From NCBI RefSeq assembly GCF_006345805.1, contig NC_043018.1, forward strand, positions 24,738,001 to 24,802,000: a DNA stretch of 64,000 bases, in the 5' to 3' direction. A model generated the notes under the pieces. It saw only the letters and a list, made by a program, of their open reading frames with translations. It was not told the DNA's origin and made no database searches. The DNA is from Octopus sinensis. Taxonomy: Eukaryota. This document shows positions 37,751 through 51,911 of the stretch, in pieces (position 1 is the first letter of the stretch; every line of letters begins with the position of its first letter). The position numbers were made by a program, and so were the translations under genes.

Positions 37751-38190
37751 TTAGATACCAAGAACCTTTCTAAGTATCCTAGATGTCCCTAACAACACTG
37801 TTTTCTGCAGCTGCACTAAACTGGGTTCTATGCCTATTTCCTCTATCCATCCGTTCAAATCTTTAGGGACTGTTCCTAATGCACCTACAACTACAGGGTA
37901 TATTTTACTTGCCTTTTCTATAGCCTCTAAAACTTCATGGCTAGGTCCTGGTACATTGTTACTTTCTCTATATCTCTCACATTGATTTTCTCATCATTAG
38001 GACTGTAAAGTCAATTACCTAACACTTTCTATTTTCTTTGTCTATTACTATTAAATCAGGCCTTCTAGCTTCTATTACTCTCTCAGTCTGAATATCAAAA
38101 TCTCACAATATCTTATATTTACTTTCTAAGCCTTGTAAAAAGAACTTTGGCGGTTAGGCCTCCAACCAGGCCTTTCACAATATCCTTAAA
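37751..38190 (-). mobile_element. 3' fragment of an RLE-type (R4/Dong- or NeSL-like) non-LTR retrotransposon, decayed
   Basis: Manual translation gives KIL*DFDIQTERVIEARRPDLIVIDKENRKC*VIDF...YQDLA...PVVVGALGTVP...LQKTVLLGTSRILRKVL, the PD-(D/E)xK restriction-like endonuclease C-terminus, with stops and frameshifts. Confidence 0.8.
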
Positions 38191-38792
38191 GCCAGGAACT
38201 TTTCAGCATACCTTCATGTGCCGATGGCACATAAAAAGCACCCACCACACTCACGGAGTGGTTGGAAGGGCATCCAGCCGTAGAAACACTACCAGATCAG
38301 ACTGGAGCCTGGTACAGCTTTCTGGCTTCCCAGATCCCGGTCGAACCATCCAACCCATGCTATCATGGAGAACGGACGTTAAACGATGATGATGATATAT
38401 ATATATATATATTTCAGTCATTTGACTGCAGCCATGCTAGAGCACTGCCTTGAATGGTTTGTAATCAAACAGATCGACCCCAAGACTTATTTTCTAAAGC
38501 CTAGTACTTATTCTATTAGTCTTCTTGCTGAGCCACTAAGCTATGGGGATGTAAATACACCAATACCATTCGTCAAGTGGTGATCGGGGGACAAACACAG
38601 ACACAAAGACACTCACACAAATACACACATGACAAGCTTCTTTCAGTTTCTGTCTACCAAAACCACTTACAAGGCCTTTGATCAGCTCGAGGTTATAGTC
38701 GAAGACATTTGGCCAAGGTGCCATGCAGTGGGACTGAACCCGAAACAATGTGGTTGGTAAGCTACCTTCTTACCACACAGCCACTCCTGCAC

Positions 38793-38828
<36 letters not shown>

Positions 38829-39892
38829 CAGGCTATCAGATGTTGCTACATATCGCTGGTCACAATACACTTCGCATTGTTTTAGCCTTCAAAGTGAGCA
38901 GGCCAACAGAAGAAAGAGTGAGAGAAAGTTGCAGTGAAAGAGTACAGCAGGGATCACCACCACCCCCTGCCGGAGCCTTCATGGAGCTTTAGGTGTTTTC
39001 GCTCAAGAAACACTCACAACGCCCGGTCTGGGAATCGAGACCGCGACCCTCCGACCGTGAGTCCACTGCCCTAACCACTGGGCCATTGCGCCTCCACACA
39101 GACATATATATATGTATGTATATATAAATATATATTTCACAGCCACCACAAAAGGTTAGGTACAAAGTACTCCTGATAGTATTGTGCTATGGTTCAGTAA
39201 CACAATGATATATCACTCAACGATAAGAGATTGTTATACAATCCATACACTGCACCATGTGATATGATTGCAATATAACACTGCCATATACTAAGTATTG
39301 CCACAGTTTGGCTCCTTCTTCAGAATTAATGACAAACAATAAAGAAGTGTTTTGAAAGAGCGGGGGATAAAAAACAACAAAAAAAAACCCCTATAAAAGT
39401 AAAAGAAATATAGAATGGAAGAATAACAAGTTCAACACCCCCACGTTTTCTTGATAAAGAACCAAAAATTTATCAGAACTGAGCGTTTGCTTTTGTTCTG
39501 TGAAGTTGTAATTTCGGTTCTTCATTGGTAATGGGATCCTGGTTGCTATATTTGCAGCTGTAAACTGCCCTTTCTTTGTTGAAAGTGTTAGCGATGAAAA
39601 GGTGTGGAGCAGTGGTGGAGTGACAACTTCTCTGGAGAAGAGCATTTCCCTGGCACCAGCATAGTCATCATCATCATCCACATCATCAATTAACATCTGT
39701 TTTCTTTGACCGAATCTGGAGGAACACAGGGCTGTGTCATGCTCCAATGCTGGCCTTGGCATCATTTGATATATATTTATCATCATCATCATTTAATGCC
39801 CATTGTCCATGCTAGCATAAGTTGGATGGTTTGACCGGGGTTGGCAAGATTGGAAGGCTGCACCAGACTCCAGTCTGATTTGGTATGGGTGC

Positions 39893-40135
39893 AAGTATAG
39901 ATGGGCTGGACACGTTGCCCGGCTCACCGATAATTGGTGGATGCACGCAGTTGTCGAGTGGTACCCGCGTGAGCGGAAAAGACCACCCGGAAGACCTCCA
40001 CGACGGTGGAGTGACGATTTCAGGAGGACGATTGGGATCATGTGGATGAGAAAGGCGCGATCCAGGGAGGAGTGGACAGCGTGCTGTGACCAGCGGTGTC
40101 AAATGGACGCCTGACGGACTGGTCGGTCAAAGTGA
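39893..40135 (+). mobile_element. 3' tail of an RTE LINE inserted into a SINE
   Basis: KYRWAGHVARLTDNWW...RKRPPGRPPRRWSDD...W* is the typical RTE ORF C-terminus. GC-rich island. Confidence 0.8.
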
Positions 40136-40149
40136 TATATATCGTCATT

Positions 40150-40540
40150 GTTATTATCTGTTTTACACAGTCACATCATACTGCCAAATAGACACACCAC
40201 ACTGTCACATCACAATCACATCATGCTGTCACACACAGTTACACTACACTGTCACATCACAACTGCATTGTGCTGTCACATACAGTCACATCACACTGGA
40301 AAATGCAGTCACATTACATAGTTACACACAGTCACATCATATTGCCAAAGAGTCGCATACTATTACATCACAATCACATCACGCTGTCACATAGTCACAT
40401 TACACTGGCACATCACCCTTCCACAGAGTCACATCACATCACATTTCCACACACTACCCATCAAATTTCCACATAGTCACATCGTATTGCCACAAACAAT
40501 CGCATCACACCAATATAGTCACACACACAGTAAAAACATT
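40150..40540. repeat. Low-complexity ACAGTCACATCAC-type minisatellite
   Basis: Recurrent GTCACAT motif. Confidence 0.7.
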
Positions 40541-41070
40541 GCCATGTGCAATCTATATTGCAGATGGCAAGCCGGAAGATGCACCAAGCCCTGCTGTTTA
40601 CTGTTTTATAAGCAATAGACAGCAGGGCTTGCTGCAGTCTTTTGACTTGCCAGTTCCTGTTGAACCATCTACCTGATGCCAAGATGGAAAATTTACATGA
40701 AATGGCAAAGAGTTTAATAGAATCTTATCCTAAAGTCTATATTTAACTCTTTAGCATTCAGATTATCCTGTCAATTTCGAGACTTATTTATTCACATTGT
40801 TTTGAATTAATCATGCAATTATCTCATAGCTTTGAGATTTCAATAATTTATTTTTAGAACAACATTGTAGGGTAGGTATGAGATGCCTGATCTGGCTAGT
40901 TTAACCCCTTAGCATTCATATTACCCTGTCAAATGTAATGCTTATTTATTCACATTGTTTTCAGTTAATCCTGCATTATCTCATAGCTTTGAGATTTCAG
41001 TGATGTGATTATATATTTTTGGAATAACATTGCAGAAGAGGTAAAATTTTCACTTACTTCTTATTTTTAT

Positions 41071-41617
41071 TTTCCTAAAATTTTCGTTGCGTCTTGCAAC
41101 CTTTTCAATTGCTGCGTTCCTTTTTGTTTGTTTGTGCGCACGTGTGTGGGTCAGTGTGTGTGTGTGTGCCTATGCATGCATGCATGTACATATGTATGTA
41201 TGTGTGTATGTATGTATGCATATGTGTGTATGTATATGTGTGTGTATGCATATGTATATATATATGTATGTATGTGTGTGCATATGTATGTATGTATTCT
41301 GCATATTCATGTGCTTACATGTCCATGTTTGTGTATTTTCTATGTATGTGTGTGTGTGAGCGTGTGTTTGTACATGTATGCACCTCTGTCATGTATGCAC
41401 CTTGTGTGTGCATGTCTGTCTGTGTGTGTATGTGTGTGTGTGTGTTATGTAACTATGTACCATGTTTGTATATATGGATGTGCATCTCTATATGTGTGGA
41501 CCCGTGTCTCCATATGTGTCCTAACGGACAGAATCAAGACTATATTGAAAAGGTTGTAAATAACGGACAGTCAAAACTATTGAAAAGGTTGCAAGACGCA
41601 ATGAAAATTTTAGGAAA
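41071..41617. mobile_element. Inverted-repeat element with (TG)n-rich interior
   Basis: 39-bp inverted repeats TTTCCTAAAATTTTCGTTGCGTCTTGCAACCTTTTCAAT (41071-41109) and its complement (41579-41617), 1 mismatch. Confidence 0.65.
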
Positions 41618-41969
41618 TTTTACTGGTGAGTGTGTTAATTTATAAGACACAAAAAGAAAATGACTCTCTCCACACAACAGAATATGCTTCAACACACGAA
41701 CTCATATAAAGAATCTTGCAAACCAAATCCAAAAACGAAATATTGTAGGATAGATGTGATAGGCCAAATCTGGTCAGTTTGAACTCAAAACAAGTAGAAT
41801 ATTTGGGCCAGATATCCCCTGCTTAAATGCTAGAGTTAAAGACATCATCTAAAATGATATTAATTTGAGGTCTATATTTAAGACATAGTCTAAAGTGAAA
41901 CTAAATCTACAACCTATCAATAGATTTAAAAGTGGTATTGAATGAGATCTCGAGTACATATGTATGTAT

Positions 41970-42012
<43 letters not shown>

Positions 42013-42044
42013 GGGTGTTTAAAGAGAAGCTGTGGTGTACATAC

Positions 42045-42080
42045 CTCTTCAGCATCGTTAAGTAAATAACTCATTACATT
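42045..42080 (-). CDS. NT5C2: NT5C2 36-nt exon NVMSYLLNDAEE
   Basis: Matches human KIMTYLFD. ttttcag / gtatgt, phase 0/0. Confidence 0.85.
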
Positions 42081-42569
42081 CTGAAAATATAAAAGGAGGG
42101 AAGACAAATTAACAGAATAATTAGTAATCTAAAATTAGTAGTAAGAAATTTAAAATTAGTAACAATAACATTTAAAAGAAAAAAAAAAAAACAAAGATAT
42201 GTGTGGCACCTTGACCAAAGTCTTGTGAGGGGTTTTGGGAGCCGGAAACTAAAGGAAGCCCATTGTATACATATCTATCTATCTGTGTGTGTGTAACTTT
42301 GTATTTGTCCCCACCACACACCACCACTTGACAAATGGTGTTAGTTTGTTTACATTCTTGTAACTTGGTGGTTCAGCAAAATGTTATCAATAAAAAAGTA
42401 CCAGATGTAAAAAAAGAATAAAAAGTATTGAGGTTGGTTTGTTTGACTTCAAGGCAGTACGCCAGCATGTGTATATTTGTACGTGTGGCTGCAGTCCAAT
42501 GACTGAGGCAAGTAAAGGATAAAAATGATGTACCGAGATTATTAGATTAACATGTGACAATGAGATTAA

Positions 42570-42667
42570 CCTTTAACACATTGCATTTTCTCTACAATTG
42601 TTTCCACTGCCCTGTTATTTCAGGGGGAAAATCTCATAGACATAATGCACCTACAGTGTGTTAAAGG
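42570..42667. mobile_element. 98-bp TTAA-flanked MITE
   Basis: TTAA|CCTTTAACACATTG ... CAGTGTGTTAAAGG|TTAA. Confidence 0.75.
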
Positions 42668-43132
42668 TTAAAAAAAAAAAGAACAAAGCAAAGATATTCT
42701 TTTATTTGCTTCAGTCATTTGACTGTGGCCATGCTGGAGCACCACCTTTAGTTGAACAAATTGACTCCAGTACTTATTCTTTGTAAGCCTAGTACTTATT
42801 CTATCGGTCTCTTTTGCCGAACTGCTAAGTTACGGGTACGTGAACACACCAGCATCGGTTGTTAAGCAATGGTGGGGGGACAAACACACACACACATTCA
42901 ATGGGCTTCTTTCAATTTCTGTCTACCAAATCTACTTACAAGGCTTTGGTCGGCACAAGGCTATAGTTGAAGACACTTGCCCAGGGCGCCCAGCAGTGGG
43001 ATTGAACCCGGAACCATGTGGTTGGTAAGTAAGCTATTTACCACACATCCACTCCTTAATGAAATTTAAAAACTAAGGGGTGACACTGATGAAAAAAATC
43101 TAAGGTGTGATAATGAGACGTGCAGGTATGTA

Positions 43133-43358
43133 TTGGGTTGGTGCATAATGATTGCGGCTTTATTTCAAAAAATTTTATTCAACAAAAACATCTTTAAATG
43201 ATAGTCTGACTCTGCCAAGCAAATGGGAAGCAGTAATTGAAGTAGATGGTGAATATTCTCTGGAATAAACATTTAAAGATGTTTTTGTTACATACTGTTA
43301 TTGGTTTTGTTGAATAAAATTTGTCACTAAAAGCCACAGTAGGTATGCGTCAACCCAA
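43133..43358 (+). mobile_element. Mariner deletion derivative (MITE)
   Basis: TA|TTGGGTTGGTGCATAA ... TATGCGTCAACCCAA|TA. Internal LPSKWEAVIEVDGEY resembles the mariner transposase C-terminus. Confidence 0.8.
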
Positions 43359-43941
43359 TAGTTAGGAAATCTGCTTCATAACTGTGGTTGGGAAGAAACC
43401 TTTTCAATGACATAGTGTGTAGACGCAAGTCTGTGTGTGTATACACATTTGTATTTCATTACATATATACTTGCTCCTATCAAAGTTGCTACAAATGAAC
43501 ACACACACACAAATCAAAGAAAAATCAAATGTTACGTAACGAACCTCATTAGCTTACAGTCGTTTCTGCTACAAGATGTGGTGGACTCTTAGTTGAGAAC
43601 CAGGATAGTTATACACCAGGTTATTAGTGGCTGGCATATGGAAGGGCATCCAGCTGTGAAAACTATGCCAAAACTAACCTTGCCTGTGTGTGCTAGTGCC
43701 AATAGTGCCAAGTAAAAAGCACCGAGTCCACTCTGCAGAGTGGTTGGTGTTAGGAAGGGCACCCAGCTGTAAAACCCATCAGAACAGACACAGTAGGCAA
43801 GGGACTAGTTTTTCTACCTGGCCAGCTCCTATCAACTCTCTTAGCCATGCATGCATGGAAGACAGACATTAAACAATGATAATAATAATGATGATGATGA
43901 TGATATATGATGATATATACATACATATCTAATATACTCAC

Positions 43942-44002
43942 ATTCGTATAGTTGTAGTCACTGTTTGTAGCTAAGAAAACCTTTGTCCCATGGAATCTCA
44001 TT
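43942..44002 (-). CDS. NT5C2: NT5C2 exon MRFHGTKVFLATNSDYNYTN
   Basis: HAD motif II region KVFLATNSDY identical to human. ttttcag / gtgagt, 61 nt, phases consistent. Confidence 0.95.
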
Positions 44003-44818
44003 CTGAAAATAAACAATAAAAAGAATACAGTAATAGAATAAATATACCTTTATGTTCTGAGTTCAAATTTGGCTGAGGTCGACTTTGCCTATCATCCTGA
44101 AAGGATGACAGGCAAAGTCCCAGTTAAAACAAGTACCAGTTAAGCAATGGGGTTGATGAAATTGCTGGCATTGTGCCAAGATAGGAAATCATTATTATTA
44201 TTAAGGTGGCGAGATGACAGATCCGTTAGCATGCTGGAAATGCTTAGTGGTATTCCATCTGCGACAACATTCTGAGTTCAAATCCTCCTGAGGTCAAATT
44301 TGCCTTTCATCCTTTCAGGGTTGATAAATTAAGTACCAGTGAAACACTAGGGTCGATGTAATTGACTCATCCCCTCCCCCAAAATTGCTGCCTTTGTGGC
44401 AAAATTTGAAACCATCATCATCACTATTATTATTATTATTGTTGTTGTTAGGGTAGTGAGCTGGCAGAGCTGTTAGCACACTGGAAAAAATGGTTAGTGA
44501 CGTTTCATTCATCTCTATGTTCTGGGTTCAAATTCTGCTGGGGTTGACTTTGTCTTTTATCCTTTTGGGGTCAAGAAAATAAGTACCAGTTGAATACTGG
44601 GGTTGATGTAATCGACTTACCACCTTCCCCGGAATTGCTGGCCTTGTGCCTAAAGTAGAAAGGATCATTATTATTATTATTATTCTGCCGAGGTTGACTT
44701 TGCCTTTCATTCTTTCGGGGTCGATAAACTAAGTACCAGTGGAACACTGGTGCTGATGTAATCAACTAGATGTAATCCTCCCGCCAAAATTTCAGGCTTT
44801 GTGCCTATAGTAGAAAGG

Positions 44819-44851
<33 letters not shown>

Positions 44852-46589
44852 TGATTTCATTTTCTAATTATAAAGAGAGAAATCTAAAGTGACAACATCA
44901 AAGCCAGTGCCAGCCAGAGAATCTAAGCAAGGCATTAGGAGTTGGTGCCAGTCTTGGTAAGTCTTTGGTTACAGCTAAACCAATTATTTAACCCCCACCC
45001 TGCCGTCTAAACACTGTAAACATTCAACTTTTATATTGTACCCCATAGTCAACAACAGGGTAGACAGCCTGAGAATATTTATATGCATGTACATAAACCC
45101 ACATATACACACTAACATATACATACTAACATACATACACATATACACATTATGTTCATAAACATATATATATACTCTTTTACTCTCTTACTTGTTTCAG
45201 TCATTTGACTGCGGCCATGCTGGAGCACCGCCTTTAATCGAGCAACTCGACCCTGGGACTTATTCTTTTGTAAGCCCAGTACTTATTCTATCGGCCTCTT
45301 TTGCCGAACCGCTAAGTAACGGGGACATAAACACACCAGCATCAGTTGTCAAGCAATGCTAGGGGGACAAACACAGACACACAAACGCACATATATACAT
45401 ATATATACATATATACGACGGGCTTCTTTCAGTTTCCGTCTATCAAATCCACTCACAAGGCTTTGGTCGGCCCGAGGCTATAGTAGAAGACACTTGCTCA
45501 AGGTGCCACGCAGTGGGACTGAACCCGGAACCATGTGGTTGGTAAACAAGCTACTTACCACACAGCCACTCCTGCGCCTATATATATATATATAATACAC
45601 GCACACCACACATTCTCTATTTTGAGTATGGGTATACGCATATATATTTATACGAGCAATACAGTGCGTGTGTGTGTGTGCCTGGGTGTCTCAATATGCA
45701 TGCACACACACACACATGACAGGCTTCTTCCAGTTTTCATCTACCAAATCTACTCACAAGGCTTTGGTTGGCCTGAGGCTATAATAGAAGACACTCGCCC
45801 AAAGTGTTATGCAGTGGGACTGAATCTAGAACCATTTGGTTGGTAAGCAAGCTTTTTTACCACACAGCCACACCTGTGCCTCTATATATATACATGAATG
45901 ATGAAAGAATGCCCAAAGTCCTCATGTACAGCCAGCTTGATATGGGTACAGGAATGTTGGTCGACCATGGCTCAGATATAAGGACAAGCTGAGAAGTACC
46001 CTCTCAGCAACTGACTCGGAATGAACAAAATGGTGACAGTCATGTCAAAATGGTATAAGAGACTTTGTTCTCATTAACAGGTTTAGGGATGCAAGACAAA
46101 GAAGAAAAGAGGCCACAAATATACTGCCTTTTTTTCTCCTTGCAATATCTGTGGGCTCCTTTGCAAATCATTGGAGGAATTCAAATGTCATATTAGACAT
46201 AAGCATTATGACCGACAAAGAAAGTGTAGGTTATTGGATCTTCATTTGTTGAAACTGATGGGAGAGTCCATTATATATATCATCATCAATGTTGTTTAAC
46301 GTTCGCTTTCCATGGGTTGGATGGTTTGACTAAGGACTGGCAAGCTGAGAGGCTGCACTAGGCTCCAATCTGATTTGGCAAGGTTTCTGCAAGCCTTTCC
46401 TAGCGCCTGCCACTCCGAGAGTGTAGTGGGTGCTTTTTACATGCCCCCAGCATAGGGGCCAGTCAGGCGGTACTGGCATTGACATGCATGTTTTTTTATC
46501 CTCACACATGACAGTTACGTTTTGAGTGGAACGTGCCATTTTCTGTGGAATAATAATTTGGTGACAGAATGTGGAATTAGAAAAGTATG

Positions 46590-46990
46590 TAGTTATCTAA
46601 CCCCAATCTCCACAATATTTCTCCATGTTACTTCTAACTCCAACCCCCACAAAAACCCTTCATGTTACATCTGAGTCTCCAACCTCCACAATATTCCTCC
46701 ATGTAACATGTAACTCCACCAACCACCACAAAAACCCTTTAGGTTACATCTGAGCCCCCAACCTCCACAAAAAACCCTTCACGTTACATCTGAGCCCCCA
46801 ACCTCCACAATAACCCTCCATGCTACATAGAACCTCCAAACATCCACAATAACCCCATCATGTTATATCAACCCCCACCCCCAGCCACAAGGCTTTACAA
46901 TACCTTCCACCAACTGTCTACATCTCTCACTACAATATTCCCCCAGGCTATACCTACAGCCAACCTCCACAATATCTCTCAAACTCTCTC
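46590..46990. repeat. ~40-bp minisatellite AACCTCCACAAAAACCCTTCACGTTACATCTGAGCCCCC
   Basis: Tandem units, e.g. 46760-46800. Confidence 0.8.
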
Positions 46991-47078
46991 TGCTACATGT
47001 ACTCTCACCACCACCAATGTGCTACTCTTTCACTGGATCCAGAATGTGAGATAAAAAGGGGAGATAACTGCTACAAAC

Positions 47079-47158
47079 CTGTCCAGGAGTATCGGAAGCC
47101 TTTCATCTTTTACTACATAAGTGGCAACCTGCTTCAGTGTTTCTTGTTTTAGTGGACC
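47079..47158 (-). CDS. NT5C2: NT5C2 exon GPLKQETLKQVATYVVKDERLPILLD(R)
   Basis: Matches human [27 protein letters not shown]. ttccag acceptor, gt donor, 80 nt, phase 2 out. Confidence 0.92.
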
Positions 47159-48389
47159 CTGGAAGAAGAAGAAGAGGAAGAAGAAAATGGGTAAGTTTAG
47201 CCTGAATACGAAAACATTAAGACGAAACAATTAAAAAGAAGGAGTATAAGGAGACAGAAAAATAGGTAGATATTATTACCAAGGTCGTCATCCTCATCAT
47301 CATTGCCATTACCATCATCATCATCATTGACATCATAAACATTGTCATTGCTAACATCATCACCATCATCATTGCCAAGATCATCATCATGTCCCCTTTC
47401 CTATGTCTGCATGGATCAAATGGAATTTGTTGAGGTAGATTTCTTATAGCCCGATGCTCTTCTTGTTGCTAACCTTCACCTGCTACCAAATGAAGTAACA
47501 TTCCCCCACCCACCATGGCCAGACATGTTTTCACAGAAGATTGGCAATGAAGAAAACTACTTGCTTGAAGATGACATTCATAACTATCAACAATGTCAAG
47601 ATCAGGAAATACAAACAAACACATACACACACCATCATCATCCTCCTGTTTTCCATGCTGGCATGTTTTGGATGGTTTGACAGGAAGTGGCAAGTCAGAC
47701 GACTGCACCAAGCTCTGCTGTCTCTTTTGGCAGAGTTTTCCATGGCTGGATGTTGCTCCTAATGTTAACCACTTTACAGTGTGTGCTGGGTGCTTTTTAT
47801 GTGGCACCAGCACCAGTGAGGGCACCAAGTCACTTGTAAGGCAAGACCTCAACTCAGCTGAGGGGAGAGTAGTTTTGATGAACAGGAAAGTGCTTTACAA
47901 TAAAGAAATATACCTCAGATAGAGAGAGAGATAAGACACAGAAGAAAGAAGGAAGAGAAAGAAAGAGGAGAGAGAAAAAGAGACGGGAGAGAGAGAGAGG
48001 GAGGTGAGATGGTGAAGATGTGATAGGCTTCTTTCAGTTTTCATCTACCAAATCCACTCACAAAGTATTAGTAAAAGACATTTGCCCAAGGTACAATGCT
48101 GTGGGACTGAACTTGAAACCATGTAGTTTGAAAGCAAGCTTCTTACCACACAGCCATGCCTCTATTTAATCATGTGTGTGTGTGTGTGTGTAATCCGTAT
48201 CAAAAATGGGTTAAGTGCTGCTTTCTTTTGGTTGTCCATTCACTTCATGTACACACAACACACACATACAGACACATGAATATATATGTATGTGTGTCTG
48301 TGTGTGTGTGTATATATATATGTGTGTGTGTGTGTGTATATATGTGTATATATATATATATGTGTGTGTGTGTATATATATATACAGTA

Positions 48390-48432
<43 letters not shown>

Positions 48433-48909
48433 ATATATATGTGTGTATATATATGTATATATGTGTGTATATATATGTATATTATATATGGATATAACCC
48501 TACGTTTAGATGCATATATACTTGCAATCATGTGCATGCATATTATGTGCCACAACTACAGACCAGATGCACATGCATACATACACACATGCATACATAC
48601 ACACATGCACAAATACACATGTTGCACATATGCATATACTTCAATGCAGTTCATATATATACACACACACACACACAAGCAGGCAGCCATAATCCCTGAC
48701 ATTCCCAGACATTGACGTTCAAAACACCCCGCCCCCCCTCCTTACTCTTATAACTACTCACCCCACCACCAACACATGTCCACCCCTACTGCTACCCGTT
48801 ACATCTTCCCCCCCCACCCACCCATACATCGTTTCAATAATGGATTAGCAGAACAAGTAGTAATATATATGTATGTATAAATGTATGTATATACATACAT
48901 ATACCTCTG

Positions 48910-48944
<35 letters not shown>

Positions 48945-49900
48945 AAATGTATGTATATACATACATACATACATATACCTCTGTATATATATGTATGTGT
49001 GTATATGTTTATATATATATATATATATATATATGTATAAATGTATGTATATACATACATACATATACCTCTGTATATATATGTATGTGTGTATATGTTT
49101 ATATATATATAATTGGAATTTATATATATGTTTGTATGTATATACATATATATACCTATGTGTATATATAATATATATATATGCAAAAATATATGTATAT
49201 ACATATGTATTTATATGTATGTATGTTTAAATATATCTATGTATATTTCTATATATATCTATCTATATATATATATATTACACACACACACACACGTGTA
49301 TATATATATATATATATACATTATATATATATTTATATACATACACACATATATAGATATACACACATGCACACGCACACACAGACACGCACATATATAT
49401 ATATATATATATGATACACACAAACATATATACACATATATATAGTTACTGATAGATGTTAGTGATGGTGGGAGTCTTGTTGGTGGCAATGGTGTTTCTA
49501 ATTGTGGTGGTGGTGGTGGCAGTAGTGATGGTGCTGCTGTTGTTGTTGTTTGTGCTCCTGTTGCCGTTGTGGTTCATGTTAATGCTGATGATGATGATGG
49601 TTGTGTTTGTTGTTATTGTTGTTGTTTTAACATTCTTCATTTCTAACACTTGTTGGGTCTCAGTTTCAAATGAAAAAAAAAGAAATGCATTTATGCGTAT
49701 ATTACTCTTATTTGTTCCAGTCATTTGACTGCGGCCATGCTGGAGCGCCGTCTTTAGCTGAACAAATTGACCCTGAGACTTATTCTTTTGTAAGCCTAGT
49801 ACCTATTCTATCAGTCTCTTTTTGCTGAACTGCTAAGTTACGAGGACGTAAACACACCAACATCAGTTATCAAGCGATGGTGGGGGAACAAAAACATATG

Positions 49901-49945
<45 letters not shown>

Positions 49946-50185
49946 GCTTCTTTCAGTTTCCGTCTACCAAATCCACTCACAAGGCTTTGGTTGGCCTGAG
50001 GCTATATAGTAGAAGATACTTGCCCAAGGATCCATGCAGTGGGACTGAACCTAGAACCATGTGGTTGGGAGGCAAGCTTCTTACCACACAGCCATGCCTG
50101 CACCTATGTAACAAGCTTCTTTTAGTTTCCATCTACCAAATCCACTCACAAGGCTTTGGTCAGCCTGGGGTCTATAGTCGAAGAC

Positions 50186-50672
50186 ATGCATAAGATCTGG
50201 TCATCAAATCTAAGTAGACTTCAAACTTGAAATCTTCAAAGCCACAGTCGAACCAATTCTACTATATGGCTCAGAAATCTGGACGTTATCAAAGAAGCTT
50301 GAGAGGCGGTTGGATGGAACCTACACTCGCCTCCTTATGAGAGCTCAAAATCTCTCGTGGAAGCGCCATCCAACCAAAATGCAAATATATGGGAAACTAC
50401 CACCTGTGTCATCTCTTGTGAAAGGTAGGAGAGTCCAGTTTGCTGGACATTGTTGTAGAGCTGAAAAAGAAGTAATTTCTACTCTTCTCCTCTGGAAGCC
50501 ATCTACTTGCAATACCAGAGGGCACACACTCTCCTACCCTGATGTAATCTCCAGGGATACAGGCATCCAGCAACAGGACCTCTGTAATGCCATGATGGAC
50601 TGTGAAGTCTGGCGTAGCATGGTAAATTCCATTGTCTCGACCACGGTCGAACAATGATGACAATGATGATGA
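50186..50672 (+). mobile_element. 3' fragment of an RTE/RTE-X-like LINE
   Basis: IFKATVEPILLYGSEIW...RLDGTYTRLL...RRVQFAGHC...VWRSMV, one frameshift, (TGA)n tail. Interrupts a SINE copy. Confidence 0.8.
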
Positions 50673-51388
50673 GGACTGAAAACAGAACCGTGTGGTTGGG
50701 AAGCAAACATCTTACCACACAGCCTTGCCTACGGACCTATGAGCCAACTTCTAGATTCTAGTGATCCTATGAACGTCTGTCTTTCTCTTGTCTGCTGAAA
50801 GACAGAGGAGATGTGACTTTTTTGTAATTCTGTAGACAAGTTGGAGGTTAGAATTAGGTGACGACGTAACATAAGACTGACTAATTGACCTCTGCCGCCT
50901 CGTTTCACCAGAATATACATAAAGGACAACAACATGCTGCAAAAATATTTTGGTTTCTTGGTCTCTTTTGAAATCCAATACGGAGAGAGAACCCAATATA
51001 GACTAACAACTGTTATTTATGACCGTTTTACATTTCACAGAGACATTTTGGGTTTAAAGAAATTTACTTTCTTTTACCATTATTATCATTTTATTTCAAC
51101 AAACAACATTATATATATGTGTGTATATGTTACATATATATATATATATACACACACACACGTGTTTTTGTGTGTATATATATATGCATATGTGTGTGTA
51201 TAAATGTATATATATATGTGTGTGTATATATGTGTGTGTGTGTGTATATATATATGTGTGTGTATATATATATATGTGTGTGTATATATATATATATATG
51301 TGTGTGTGTATATATATATATGTGTGTGTGTGTATATATATATGTGTATATATATATGTGTGTATATATATGTGTGTGTATATATATA

Positions 51389-51433
<45 letters not shown>

Positions 51434-51814
51434 ATATATGTATATATATACATATATATATATATATATTTGTGTGTATATATGTATAAATATATACATA
51501 GAAAAATACAAACACACACACATATACATATATATACATACAGGCACACAGAAAAAAAATATATATATATATCGAGAGAGAGAGGAGAGAGCAAGAGAGA
51601 AGGGAATGTTGGACTGCCTGCCTAGCCACCAGAAATGATGTGAAGTGCATTGTGACGAGCGATGTACAACAACATAGGATAATGTGGTCAATACCTTTAT
51701 ATATACACACACACACATGCACACACCAAAGTGTATTCAGAGAGTATATAATGACAATAGGTATATATACACACACGTCTATATATATATATATATATAT
51801 CGATATATACGTAC

Positions 51815-51911
51815 ATCTTTCCCATGAACATAGTCAACTGCCTGGAGGACGTCTTGGTAGATTGACTTATAGGCTATGGTCAGGTCTGCACACTTCACAC
51901 CTGTCTTCATA
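51815..51911 (-). CDS. NT5C2: Cytosolic purine 5'-nucleotidase, first exon visible in window: (S)MKTGVKCADLTIAYKSIYQDVLQAVDYVHGKD
   Basis: Aligns to human cN-II [32 protein letters not shown]. Acceptor ttgcag, donor gtacgt, 97 nt, ends in phase 0 matching the next exon. Confidence 0.9.
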
